In this document: one piece after another, positions 16,158-25,138 of the stretch
How the letters are laid out: each line of letters starts with the position of its first letter
How positions within the stretch are numbered: the stretch's first letter is position 1
Origin: an uncultured Rhodospirillales bacterium
GTDB taxonomy: Bacteria; Pseudomonadota; Alphaproteobacteria; Acetobacterales; Acetobacteraceae
DNA length: 28,621 nt
Assembly: GCA_903823665.1 (NCBI GenBank)
Contig: CAIJTR010000138.1
Location: forward strand, 1-28,621
Reading direction: 5' to 3'
Translations under genes and position numbers: made by a program
The notes under the pieces: generated by a model
The model's database searches: none
What the model was told of the DNA's origin: nothing
What the model saw: only the letters and a program-made list of their open reading frames with translations

Positions 16158-18841
16158 TGGGAGAGGGCGGCCAGCACGCGGTCCGGCGTGGCGGGGATGT
16201 GGGTGATGCGCGCGCCGATTGCGTGTTCGATGGCACCCAGGATGGCGGGGGCGGTGGCGACGAGGGCGGGCTCGCCCACGCCTTTGGCACCGTAAGGACC
16301 GTTGGGGTCGGCGTGTTCGATCAGGATGGTTTCGATGGGCGGAATGTCACCGATGGTGGGGATGAGGTAGTCGTGAAGGTTGTCGGTGCGGCCTGGGAGA
16401 TATTCTTCCATGAGGGCGAGGCCGAGGCCCTGGGCGATGCCGCCGTGGATCTGGCCTTCGACGAGATCAGGGTTCACGGCTCGGCCGACATCATGGGCGG
16501 CGATGATGCGCAGCGCTTTGACGGTGCCCAGCGACGTGTCCACCTCCACCAGCGCGCATTGGGCGGCGAAGGCGTAGGAGACGTAGGGGACGCCTTGACC
16601 ATCGGCGTCGAGCGGGGTGGTGGGCGGATCGTACGTCCCGTCTCCGCGGAGGACGAAACCGTCTGCGTCTATGGGGAGGCTGGAAAGGTCGAGTGCCAGC
16701 TTGCCATCTTGCAGTTCGATGGTGTTCACGCGGCGCAGGATTTCGGCGCGGAGAGCGGTTCCTGCGAGATGGGCCGCGTTTCCGCTGACGAGGGTTTGGC
16801 GCGACGCGCTGGTTTTGCCGGCATCGGGGGTGAGGTCGGTGTCGCCGGTTGTCATGGCGAGGTGCTCGACCGGGATGCCCACGGCGTCCGCTGCGATTTG
16901 GGACATGACGGTGTTGGAGCCCTGGCCGATATCGACGGCGCCGGAGAGCAGAACGAATTGGCCGTCTGGTCTGACGCCAATGGCCATTTGTGATGGGTTG
17001 GACATCGAGGTGTTGCCGATGCCGTACCACATGCAGGCGATGCCGACGCCTCGGCGGTGGGGGCCGGATTGCGCGGCGTTGAACGCTTCCGCCTCAGCAC
17101 GCAGTTCGTCGTAACGGGGCTTGATGGCGTCAAGACATTCGGGGAGTGAGGCTCCCGCGCCGAGAATTTGGCCGCTGGTGGTCGCGTCACCCACGCCGAG
17201 GGCGTTTCGCCTGCGGAATTCCCACGGATCGAGGCCGAGTTGGGCGGCGAGGGCGTCCATCAGCGCCTCACCCGCGATGGCGGCTTGCGGCACGCCGAAG
17301 CCGCGGAAGGCACCGGAGGGTGGGCCGTTGGTGTGGATTGCGGCCGTGGTGCAAAGCGCGTTCGGCACGCGGTAGGGGCCGCTTGCGTGGACCGGGACGC
17401 GGTTGGCAACCGTGGGGCCCCAGCTGGCGTAGGCCCCGGTGTCGAAATCGCCGTGGAAGCGGAAGGCGGTGAGATGGCCCTGCGCGTCGGCGGCGGCTTC
17501 GGCGGTGATGTGGCTGGGGTGGCGCTTGGTGGTGGCGAGCATGCTCTCCGCACGCGTGACGACCATGCGGATGGGCCGGTTGGTGAGCCATGCCGAGATG
17601 CAGAGCAATGGCTGGACGAACAGGTCGAGCTTGCCGCCGAAGCCGCCACCGACGGCGGTGGGGATCACGCGCACACTGGTTTTCGGCAGGCCCATGATGA
17701 GGGCGAGTTCGTCACGGTCCATATACGGCGTTTGGGTGCAGGCGGTGATCTCGATGCGGTCGCCTACGCGGCGGGCGAAACCGGCTTCGGGTTCGATGTA
17801 GGCGTGTTCGACGAAGCCGGTTCGGACGGTGATGCTGGCGTGGGCGGTGGCCTGGGCGAGGCCTGCATCGACGTCGCCGCATGCGAGGCGGCCTCGGCAG
17901 AGGATGTTGTTTGGGGCGTGTTCGTGGATGGCGTCTTGCCCGGTGGCGGTGGCGAAATCGACCGTGGGCAAAACCTCCCAGTCGATGGGCAGCGCCTTTC
18001 TGTCCACGGCGAGCAGTGCGTCCTCGTCACCCACGAGGGCGAGAATGGGGTCGCCTTTGTGGCGGACATAGCCTTCGGCGAGCACCATCTGGTCTTTGCC
18101 CTCGGGGTAGATGCCGTAACGGTTTTGGCCCGGGATGTCGGATGCGGTGAGCACACGGGTGAGGCCGGGGGTGGCGGCCAGCACCGGCTCGAAATCGCCC
18201 AGGGTGAAGCGAGCGTGGGCGTGCGGGCTGCGGATGACGTGGAGGGAAAGGAAGGGTGTGTCCGGCAGGGCGTCGGCCCCGAAGATCTCGCTGCCGTCCA
18301 CGCGGGCACGGCCATCGACGCGGGTGAGGCGGTGGCCGACGGCTTCACCGGCGGCGGGTGGAATGGCGGACGGGTGCGGGCGGGCGTCCATCACGGCGTC
18401 TATGATTTTGCGATAGCCGGTGCAGCGGCAGAGCACGCCGCCGAGCGCGTCTTGCACCTGGGCCTCGGTGGGGGAGGGCGCACGAGAGAGCAGATCGGAT
18501 GCGGCCATCAGCATTCCCGGGGTGCAGATGCCGCATTGGGCGGCACCGTGGCGGAGAAAGGCGGATTGCAGGTTGGAGAGGGTGCCGTTGTGGGCCAAGC
18601 CTTCCACGGTTGTGATCGTGCGACCGGCCACGCGGCCCGTTGGGGTCAGGCAAGCACAGACTTGCTCACCGTCGAGCAGGATGGTGCAGGCCCCGCAATC
18701 CCCGGCATTGCAGCCGATTTTGGTGCCGGTGAGGCCGAGATCGTCTCGCAGCACGTCTGACAGCCGGCGCGCAGGATCGGCATGCACGTCGGCGGGCTTG
18801 CCGTTGAGGGTGAAGCCGATGGCGATTGCGTTGGCCCTCAT
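16154..18841 (-). CDS. xanthine dehydrogenase/aldehyde oxidase-family molybdoenzyme: [2Fe-2S] small-subunit domain fused to the molybdopterin-binding large subunit
   Basis: 2Fe-2S motifs GCNAGDCGACTILLDG and QCGICTPG...CRCTGY, followed by the a/b-hammerhead and Moco-binding regions (GGGFGGK; GVGEPA...). The start is ambiguous: Met59 (18841, GAGAG about 10 nt upstream), Met56 (18850) or Met49 (18871). The first 48 codons of the ORF track overlap the neighbouring gene and are not coding. Confidence 0.85.
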   Translation of the reverse strand: MRANAIAIGFTLNGKPADVHADPARRLSDVLRDDLGLTGTKIGCNAGDCGACTILLDGEQVCACLTPTGRVAGRTITTVEGLAHNGTLSNLQSAFLRHGAAQCGICTPGMLMAASDLLSRAPSPTEAQVQDALGGVLCRCTGYRKIIDAVMDARPHPSAIPPAAGEAVGHRLTRVDGRARVDGSEIFGADALPDTPFLSLHVIRSPHAHARFTLGDFEPVLAATPGLTRVLTASDIPGQNRYGIYPEGKDQMVLAEGYVRHKGDPILALVGDEDALLAVDRKALPIDWEVLPTVDFATATGQDAIHEHAPNNILCRGRLACGDVDAGLAQATAHASITVRTGFVEHAYIEPEAGFARRVGDRIEITACTQTPYMDRDELALIMGLPKTSVRVIPTAVGGGFGGKLDLFVQPLLCISAWLTNRPIRMVVTRAESMLATTKRHPSHITAEAAADAQGHLTAFRFHGDFDTGAYASWGPTVANRVPVHASGPYRVPNALCTTAAIHTNGPPSGAFRGFGVPQAAIAGEALMDALAAQLGLDPWEFRRRNALGVGDATTSGQILGAGASLPECLDAIKPRYDELRAEAEAFNAAQSGPHRRGVGIACMWYGIGNTSMSNPSQMAIGVRPDGQFVLLSGAVDIGQGSNTVMSQIAADAVGIPVEHLAMTTGDTDLTPDAGKTSASRQTLVSGNAAHLAGTALRAEILRRVNTIELQDGKLALDLSSLPIDADGFVLRGDGTYDPPTTPLDADGQGVPYVSYAFAAQCALVEVDTSLGTVKALRIIAAHDVGRAVNPDLVEGQIHGGIAQGLGLALMEEYLPGRTDNLHDYLIPTIGDIPPIETILIEHADPNGPYGAKGVGEPALVATAPAILGAIEHAIGARITHIPATPDRVLAALSQ

Positions 18842-18902
18842 GCAGAGCATTCTCTCGTGGAGGGCGTCCATTCCGGCAATGAGAGGGGACGCGCCAATTT
18901 GA

Positions 18903-19436
18903 TTACCATCTTGCGGCGCGCGCGATCCGGACAAACTGAACAAGTCCGAAGCCAAAGAACAGGACGCCCGCAGCACCGACGACCGTGTTGCTGTTTGGCT
19001 TGTTGAGCGTGTCAACGAACACGAAGAGACTTGCCGCTGTCATCAGAACACCCGCAATGAGCAGGAAGATAATGCGTGCTTTTGAGTAGGTTTGTGCTTG
19101 GGCTGTTAAAATATCGCGACTGGTCTGTTGGACGGAACACGGTGTCAGTGACCCTGTTTTGCGCCGCATCACGATGAAGTAATAAAGAAACACGAATGCA
19201 TAGGGAGCGCCGAGAAGTTCTATTGTACGGAAGAAGCCGATGAACACTTGCAGAGCGATCTGCAACACGACGATTAGGCTCGCACATGTAAGCCACGACG
19301 TAACGAACTTTGTGATGTCTAGCTCTGCCTCGGCATCGACGAGGTATCCTCGGCTCATGATGCCATAGGGATAAGCCGCACGGCCTTCGCTGGTGTTCTT
19401 GAACATGAGGCTGGCTTGGTTCTTGAAATATAGCAT
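18903..19436 (-). CDS. ORFan integral membrane protein (177 aa, about 4 TM) encoded within a low-GC island; function unknown
   Basis: Clean ORF with a GAGAG Shine-Dalgarno, a hydrophilic N-terminus (about 45 aa) and then four hydrophobic segments. Local GC is about 50% against about 65% in the flanks. A/T-ending codons (TAT, AAA, TTA, ACA, CAA) are otherwise rare in this window. Confidence 0.55.
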   Translation of the reverse strand: MLYFKNQASLMFKNTSEGRAAYPYGIMSRGYLVDAEAELDITKFVTSWLTCASLIVVLQIALQVFIGFFRTIELLGAPYAFVFLYYFIVMRRKTGSLTPCSVQQTSRDILTAQAQTYSKARIIFLLIAGVLMTAASLFVFVDTLNKPNSNTVVGAAGVLFFGFGLVQFVRIARAARW

Positions 19437-19513
19437 GGCGCGTTTCTCTCAATATCGGTGCCAAATATGAATAGCGTATCGCATTTCCAGCTGCGTGGGC
19501 ATGGCGGCAGCGC

Positions 19514-20350
19514 TCATGCAGCGAGCTCGGATGAGGTTGTGAGCGATGTAATCGTGCGTCGGATGAGTTCTTCCGCGGCATGGCGGCGGTAGGTGGCGGG
19601 GGCTCGGACGTCGTCGATGGGGCGGAGGGGGGTGAGGTGGTGCGGCTCGATGGTGGCGTGGGTGGGCTCTTGGCCGATGAGGGACGCTTCGAGTTCTGGA
19701 AGCCTTGTGGCGACCGGGCCGCAGGCTCCGACGGCGATGCGGGCCTCTGCGATGCGGCCTGCTTCCAGTTTTGCCCAGACGGCAACCATGGCGATGGAGA
19801 TGACGAGGTAGGCGCGGGCACCGAGTTTCTCGAAGCGGCTGACACCGCCATGCTCGGGGATGTGGAGGGCGAGCAGCATTTCGTCTGGCCTGAGGGCGGT
19901 GCGGCGGGGGCCTTGGATGAAGTCCGCAAGTTTGAGGATGCGCCGTCCGCGTGCGCTAGCGAGTTCAACTGAGGCGTCGAGCGCCAGCAGGCAGGGGACG
20001 CCGTCGGCCGCTGGGCTGGCGTTGCAGATATTGCCGGCAAGCGTGCCTGCGTTTTGAATCTGGCGGCCACCGACCTGACGTGCTGCCTGTTTCAGACCGT
20101 CGAATGCTGGTGGGAGCGGGCTTGCCACCACGTCGCTCCAGGTGGCGAGGCAGCCAATGCGCCAGCCAGTTGGGTGCCGTTCGATGCCACGCAGGTCGGG
20201 GAGGGCGGTGATGTCGAGCATACGCTCGTCTGTGCGTGCGCTGGCGATCTGGGGATAGTAATCAGTAGCACCGGCCACGACGCGGAACCGAGCGGCACCA
20301 AGTGCGTGCAGGGCGGTTGCCAGATCAGCGGGGCGGAGATAGCTGTCCAT
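19514..20350 (-). CDS. FAD-binding subunit of a xanthine dehydrogenase-family molybdoenzyme (CoxM/XdhB-like)
   Basis: RPADLATALHAL...RVVAGATDYYPQ...IQNAGTLAGNICNASPAADGVPCLLALDA are the FAD_binding_5 and CO_deh_flav_C signatures. 278 aa. Confidence 0.85.
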   Translation of the reverse strand: MDSYLRPADLATALHALGAARFRVVAGATDYYPQIASARTDERMLDITALPDLRGIERHPTGWRIGCLATWSDVVASPLPPAFDGLKQAARQVGGRQIQNAGTLAGNICNASPAADGVPCLLALDASVELASARGRRILKLADFIQGPRRTALRPDEMLLALHIPEHGGVSRFEKLGARAYLVISIAMVAVWAKLEAGRIAEARIAVGACGPVATRLPELEASLIGQEPTHATIEPHHLTPLRPIDDVRAPATYRRHAAEELIRRTITSLTTSSELAA

Positions 20351-20473
20351 GCGGCTTTTCCATGCTGCATCGCACGATTGGCCGCCATGCGCAGGCTGTC
20401 AATCCGGCTGGTGACGGTCTGGAGTGATATTCTGGCGCTGCTTGTGATACGACCGACTAGGTATTGATCACGA

Positions 20474-22564
20474 TTGGACAGCAGAGTTTTGGCGGGACCA
20501 CAGGAGATCCAGAACAGTCTGCTCACCGCCGGTTTCGCCCGGGTGGCGCGGCTGTGTGATGCCGGGCAGCTGCATGATGCGCTGGCCGAGGCGGTGACGC
20601 TGTACGAGCGGTTTCCGCATGCGCCGGCATCGTGCACCGGGCTGGTTGACACGCTGTTGGTCATGGGGCGGACGGACATGGCGCAGACCGTGCTGCGCCG
20701 TGCGTGTCAGCGCTTCCCCGGCGAGAGCTGGCTGTCGCTGCGTTTGGCTGAGATCTGCTCCGAGCGGGGCCAGTGGGCGGAGGCGGTGACGCGGTGGCGG
20801 GCGGCTGGCTTGCCCGTGCAGGGTTCGGCCAATCAGCTGGCGCGGTTTGCCCATGTCCTGGCGGCAAGTGGGCAGATCGAGGATGCCCTGGCCGCTGCCA
20901 GCATGCCGGGGCGGGATTCTGCGTCTCTGCGCCTGACACGGGCGGCGTTGTTAGTACGCACAGGCCACCTGGATCAGGCTGCATTGCTCTGGCGGGATCT
21001 GTCGGTGGATTTCACCCTGGCCGAGCCTGAATTTGCCGGTATCACGGCAGCACTGGCGTCACAGGCCCCAGCGGTGGAGCAGGCAGCGATGATCGGGATG
21101 CTGCTGGCCGAGCGCGACCCTGGCGGGGAGGATTGGCGTCCGGCGATTGCGGCGGCGATGGCAAATGTGCTGCCCGGTGAGCCATTCGCGGCACTTGTTC
21201 TAGCAGCACTGCCTTCTGCACCCTCCGGCACCGCGCGTGCCGTGGCGGCGAGGTTGGCGGGGGAAAGTGTGGGCTCTGACAAGATGGCGCTGCAGATTTC
21301 AGCCTGTGTGGCGGCTGGCAGAGTGGGGCTGGTGCCGCTGCTGGTTGAGACGCCGGGGACATCCGAGCGGGTGGCCGAACTGCGTGTGGCCCTTCGGCTT
21401 TACCTCAACCGCGCCTTCGCCAACCCGGAGCATTTCCACGAGCTTTCGGCAGAATCGGTCTGCGCGTTGCTGCAAATTGCGCGGGTGGCCGATCAGGCCT
21501 GCTTTAATTTTGTTGCCGAGTTGGTGCGCGGTCGCTTTGCACTGCCGGCGGAACTTGACCTGTCGCGTCCCGCGGATGTGGCGGCCGGTGTGGCCCATGC
21601 CCGGCCGCGTCCCTCAACGTTGTCAGCCGGCAAGCTGCGTGTGGCGGTGTGTGTGTCTGGGCGGATTCCTCCGGTTTTGGGTTCCCCAGAGCCGCTGCGT
21701 GCTTTGGGGCTGCAGGATCACGATGCGACTGTGTTCGCCCATATTTGGCGCAATTGTGGGCCGGAGACAGGACTTCCCTCGGTTGAGGCGGCGGTGCTGC
21801 ATCTGCCACCCACGCTCGGTGCGACGATCGCCGCCGTGGCTGAGACGGAGGGGTTGGCAACGCTGCGGGCGCTGTATCCCTCGGTCATGCAAAGCCTGCC
21901 TGCTCGGCGCGACGTGGATACCAATATGGTCCAGCAGACGCTGCTGACTGAGCATGTGGTGGTTGAGGATGATCTGAGCCCGGAGTTCGCCGGGCGGGAC
22001 GTCGCGTGGTTGGCCGCATACTCCGCCCGTCAATCGTATTTGATGGCGCAGGCATGCGGTGGCCAATTTGATGTGATGGTTTACCTGATGGCCAATGCCG
22101 GTGTTGGCATATCGGCGAACTGGCCGGTTCTGGCGCGTGATCTGCGGCTGTTCAGCCATCACGGCGGCGGCATGATGTTCGCTGATGCGAATTATCAGTT
22201 CGATCGAGCCGCCGGATTCTCGCTGGTGCCCAAGCTTGCCATCGCAACGCCGGAGGTGATGGAGATGATGGCAGGCGCATTTGATTTTGGCTGTGATCTG
22301 GCGATGGGAACAAGGAAGGTTTTTGGCGTGCGCCCGGCCGATGCGATGGCGCAGAGCCTCGCGTGGCAAATGCATCTGAACGGGATCAGCATCGAGATGC
22401 TTGATGGTTTGCTCGTTAGTGCAGGGACAAAAGTTGAGCGTTGGCCTGCAGCACACGCACTTTCCTTACTGTGGCGGGACATTCGCGCTAGGGCGGGGTC
22501 GCCGCGTGACAGCCAGCTGGTGAATGCGGCAATGGCGGATCTGACAGGTGGTGCTGCTGTGTGA
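20474..22564 (+). CDS. large TPR-repeat protein with an uncharacterised roughly 350-aa C-terminal domain (696 aa if the TTG start is used)
   Basis: The N-terminal third has TPR-like helical repeats (LHDALAEAVTLYERFP..., MAQTVLRRACQRFPGESWLSL..., WAEAVTRWRAAGLP...). I cannot place the C-terminal domain (LRVAVCVSGRIPPVLG...HIWRNCG...). The ORF-track start is a TTG; the first ATG is at residue 64. Divergent from the molybdoenzyme operon. Confidence 0.55.
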   Translation: MDSRVLAGPQEIQNSLLTAGFARVARLCDAGQLHDALAEAVTLYERFPHAPASCTGLVDTLLVMGRTDMAQTVLRRACQRFPGESWLSLRLAEICSERGQWAEAVTRWRAAGLPVQGSANQLARFAHVLAASGQIEDALAAASMPGRDSASLRLTRAALLVRTGHLDQAALLWRDLSVDFTLAEPEFAGITAALASQAPAVEQAAMIGMLLAERDPGGEDWRPAIAAAMANVLPGEPFAALVLAALPSAPSGTARAVAARLAGESVGSDKMALQISACVAAGRVGLVPLLVETPGTSERVAELRVALRLYLNRAFANPEHFHELSAESVCALLQIARVADQACFNFVAELVRGRFALPAELDLSRPADVAAGVAHARPRPSTLSAGKLRVAVCVSGRIPPVLGSPEPLRALGLQDHDATVFAHIWRNCGPETGLPSVEAAVLHLPPTLGATIAAVAETEGLATLRALYPSVMQSLPARRDVDTNMVQQTLLTEHVVVEDDLSPEFAGRDVAWLAAYSARQSYLMAQACGGQFDVMVYLMANAGVGISANWPVLARDLRLFSHHGGGMMFADANYQFDRAAGFSLVPKLAIATPEVMEMMAGAFDFGCDLAMGTRKVFGVRPADAMAQSLAWQMHLNGISIEMLDGLLVSAGTKVERWPAAHALSLLWRDIRARAGSPRDSQLVNAAMADLTGGAAV

Positions 22565-22683
22565 GTGTTTCCCGATCCCAGCTTTTCTGCAGGCCACCCT
22601 CGCGCCAAAGGCTGGCCGGGTGCATGGTGTGCGGCGGCATTTTGGTTTATCGAACAATTTGATTGCACTTCGAAGGTTCTTGA

Positions 22684-23103
22684 ATGTCTGACAGCCTTGA
22701 CGATCGCCTCACGAAGCAGAAAGCCGCCGGTTCGGCGAAACAGCAGGCCTATGTGCAGGCCATGCGTGACCGTGTGGCGCGGGAGGAGGCGGAGCGGATG
22801 GCCAATCGCATTCCGCGCGCCGAGGCCTATTTCACAAATATGAAGACTGCCATCGCCGTTCGCATCGGCAAGCTGGCGAAGGCAAAGAAGGGCCAGCCCG
22901 GCCTCGAGTCGCTGGTGCCGTTCCCGGTCACCCCAGAATTTGATGGGTCAAAAGGGCCGGAGCGTGACGTGCGACTTGAAAGTGACACGGCGCACGCCGT
23001 TTGGGTCGCGTTTGTCGATTGGGGCACACAGAACGGTTTGGCGCTTGACATGGTTCCGCTGCCCGAGGGTGGCCAGGGCGTGCGGGTTTCGCTTCCGCAA
23101 TAG
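22684..23103 (+). CDS. hypothetical protein (139 aa), charged N-terminal helix
   Basis: ATG ORF MSDSLDDRLTKQKAAGSAKQQAYVQAMRDRVAREEAERMANRIPRAEAYF... with periodic codon usage. No recognisable domain. Confidence 0.45.
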   Translation: MSDSLDDRLTKQKAAGSAKQQAYVQAMRDRVAREEAERMANRIPRAEAYFTNMKTAIAVRIGKLAKAKKGQPGLESLVPFPVTPEFDGSKGPERDVRLESDTAHAVWVAFVDWGTQNGLALDMVPLPEGGQGVRVSLPQ

Positions 23104-23120
23104 GCCGATTTGGCAGCACG

Positions 23121-23996
23121 ATGGGGGGAATGCGTATGCCAATCCCGCCCCGTCTGTCCGCCTACGCCATTCGCCTTGAGACGCTTGCACGTGCGGTGTT
23201 TCAGCGGTTCATGCTTGATCGCTGCCTGATAGGTGCCAGCGCACTCAGCTACACCACAATTGTCTCCATGGTGCCGCTGACGGCCATTGTGCTGGTGGTA
23301 TTTTCCGGATTTCCGCAGTTCAGCGGAGGCCGGGACCGGCTCTTGATGCTGTTGGTTGAAAATCTCGCACCTGATCTCGGCAAAGACGCCGGTGAGTGGT
23401 TCACAACGGTTGCGGGCCATGCAGCGCAGAGCACGGCCATTGGCGTGGTGGCGCTGATTGTCACCTCCATTCTGCTGCTGGCGACTGTGGAGGAGCACAT
23501 GCACTTCATATTCCGCGTGCATGCGCCGCGCCGTTGGGGTCAGCGCGTGCTGGCATATTGGAGCGTGCTGACGCTGGGGCCGATTCTGCTGGGTGTCGCA
23601 CTTTCGGTGACCGGATCAATTGATCGGACATTGGCAGGCCTTGGGCTTTGGTCGAACAAACATGGCCATTCCGCTGGGTGGGCGACATGGTCCGGCCATC
23701 TGGTGGCCCCGGTGCTGACGATAGGGGTTTTGATGCTGCTGTATTGGGCGATCCCCAACCGTCGGCAGCCCTGGCATGCCTGTCTGGTGGGGGCGGTCGT
23801 GGCGTCACTGTTGCTGGAACTGCTCAAATTCGGATTTGGCATCTATGTGGCGCAGTTTGCCTCCTACAGCGCGATCTATGGTGCGCTGGCGGGCATCCCG
23901 ATTGCGCTGTTGTGGATGTATATCTTCTGGGCGGTAGTGTTGCTGGGGGCGGAGATAACGGCGTGTTTGATCGAGGTTGCCGCAGGTTTGTCTTGA
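23121..23996 (+). CDS. YihY/BrkB-family (ribonuclease BN-like) inner membrane protein
   Basis: LIGASALSYTTIVSMVPLTAIVLVVFSGFP ... FASYSAIYGALAGIPIALLWMYIFWAVVLLGAEITA is the hallmark of the YihY/virulence-factor BrkB family. Six TM helices. The start may be Met1, Met4 or Met6. Confidence 0.8.
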   Translation: MGGMRMPIPPRLSAYAIRLETLARAVFQRFMLDRCLIGASALSYTTIVSMVPLTAIVLVVFSGFPQFSGGRDRLLMLLVENLAPDLGKDAGEWFTTVAGHAAQSTAIGVVALIVTSILLLATVEEHMHFIFRVHAPRRWGQRVLAYWSVLTLGPILLGVALSVTGSIDRTLAGLGLWSNKHGHSAGWATWSGHLVAPVLTIGVLMLLYWAIPNRRQPWHACLVGAVVASLLLELLKFGFGIYVAQFASYSAIYGALAGIPIALLWMYIFWAVVLLGAEITACLIEVAAGLS

Positions 23997-24045
23997 AAAA
24001 CCGGGCCAGTTCGGTGTGTGATCCTTGTCTGTCCAGGAGATTGCC

Positions 24046-24285
24046 ATGCAGGCTGGAACGCAGTTTTTATTGAGCGGGTTGCTGACCTTCGGTGTGCCGC
24101 TGGCAGTGGCCGTGCGCGAATTGATCGTACTGCGTAGGCCGGATCGTGGTGCTTGGCCGGGCGATGAGCCCAAACCAGTGGCACCGCACCCGTTGCCGCC
24201 GTCGGCCCCGAAGCGCTTGCCGGATTGTTTGATCCCGAACTTACCGCCTGTATCGGCGCGGGGGCGGGTGTTGGAGGACGCTTAG
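24046..24285 (+). CDS. possible small membrane protein (80 aa)
   Basis: An AGGAGA Shine-Dalgarno lies 5 nt before the ATG. There is one hydrophobic helix (FLLSGLLTFGVPLAVAVRELIVL), and the Pro-rich tail could be GC-driven. The support is weak. Confidence 0.3.
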   Translation: MQAGTQFLLSGLLTFGVPLAVAVRELIVLRRPDRGAWPGDEPKPVAPHPLPPSAPKRLPDCLIPNLPPVSARGRVLEDA

Positions 24286-24297
24286 CGGATTTTTTCT

Positions 24298-25134
24298 TCA
24301 GAGCATTGCCAGCGGAACGGCGCGTTTGGGCGGTGCATATGCCGTGTCGATCTCGGCGAGGTCGGCGGGGCTGAGACTTAGATCGGCTGCGGCTGCGTTG
24401 TCTCGCACATGATCGAGATTCGTCGCCTTCGGGATTACCACAATGTTTGGGTGACGAATGGCCCAGGCCAGTGCGATTTGCGCGGGTGTTGCGTTGTGGC
24501 GGGTGGCCACGGCTTCAAGAGCCGCGTTGCGCAGCAATCGTCCGCCTTGGCCCACGGGTGAATACGCCATCATGGGAATGGCGTGGCTGGCGCACCACGG
24601 TAGCAGATCAAACTCGATGCCGCGATGCTCAGGGTTATAGAGCACCTGATTGATGGCGCAGGCGTTGCCGCCGGCGGCGGCGAGCAGTTCGTTCATGTCC
24701 GCCGGATCGAGGTTTGACACACCCCAACGGCGGATTTTGCCCTCGGCGATCAGTGCCTCGAATGCCTCCACCGTCTCAGACAAAGGCACCCCGCCGCGCC
24801 AGTGAAGGAGATAGAGATCAAGACGATCGGTGCCGAGACGCTTGAGGCTGGCCTCGCAGGCGCGTTTGGCCCGGCCGCGCCCAGTATTTTGAGGATACGC
24901 CTTCGAGACGAGGAACACCTCGTCTCGTCGCCCGGCGATGGCGGTGGCAACGACTTCCTCCGAGCCTCCCTCGGCATACATCTCGGCGGTGTCAATCAGC
25001 GTCATGCCAAGGTCTAGGCCGAGTTGGAGGGCGCTGGCCTCGGCAGCACGATCAGCCCCGCGCTCTCCCATGTGCCAGGTGCCTTGGCCGATGACGGAAA
25101 TTTCAGAACCATCGGCCAAAGCAATGTGACGCAT
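24298..25134 (-). CDS. aldo/keto reductase family oxidoreductase
   Basis: True start MRHIALADGSEISVIGQGTW at residue 50 of ORF 24298..25281. AKR signatures are present: LIDTAEMYAEGGSEE, LDLYLLHW, VSNLD...IPKATNLDHVRDN. Confidence 0.85.
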   Translation of the reverse strand: MRHIALADGSEISVIGQGTWHMGERGADRAAEASALQLGLDLGMTLIDTAEMYAEGGSEEVVATAIAGRRDEVFLVSKAYPQNTGRGRAKRACEASLKRLGTDRLDLYLLHWRGGVPLSETVEAFEALIAEGKIRRWGVSNLDPADMNELLAAAGGNACAINQVLYNPEHRGIEFDLLPWCASHAIPMMAYSPVGQGGRLLRNAALEAVATRHNATPAQIALAWAIRHPNIVVIPKATNLDHVRDNAAAADLSLSPADLAEIDTAYAPPKRAVPLAML

Positions 25135-25138
25135 ATTT

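Noticed and set aside
15213-18760. Long plus-strand ORFs antisense to the Hnr-like and XDH genes (for example 15213..16295 at 360 aa and 17168..18760 at 530 aa)
   Set aside because: They are Gly/Ala/Asp/Val-rich mirror-frame artefacts of highly biased minus-strand coding sequence. They have no start context and cannot coexist with the strongly supported minus-strand genes.
19012-20070. 352-aa minus-strand ORF overlapping the FAD-subunit gene and the low-GC island in another frame
   Set aside because: It is Pro/Ser/Arg-rich and overlaps two better-supported genes, so it is a frame artefact.
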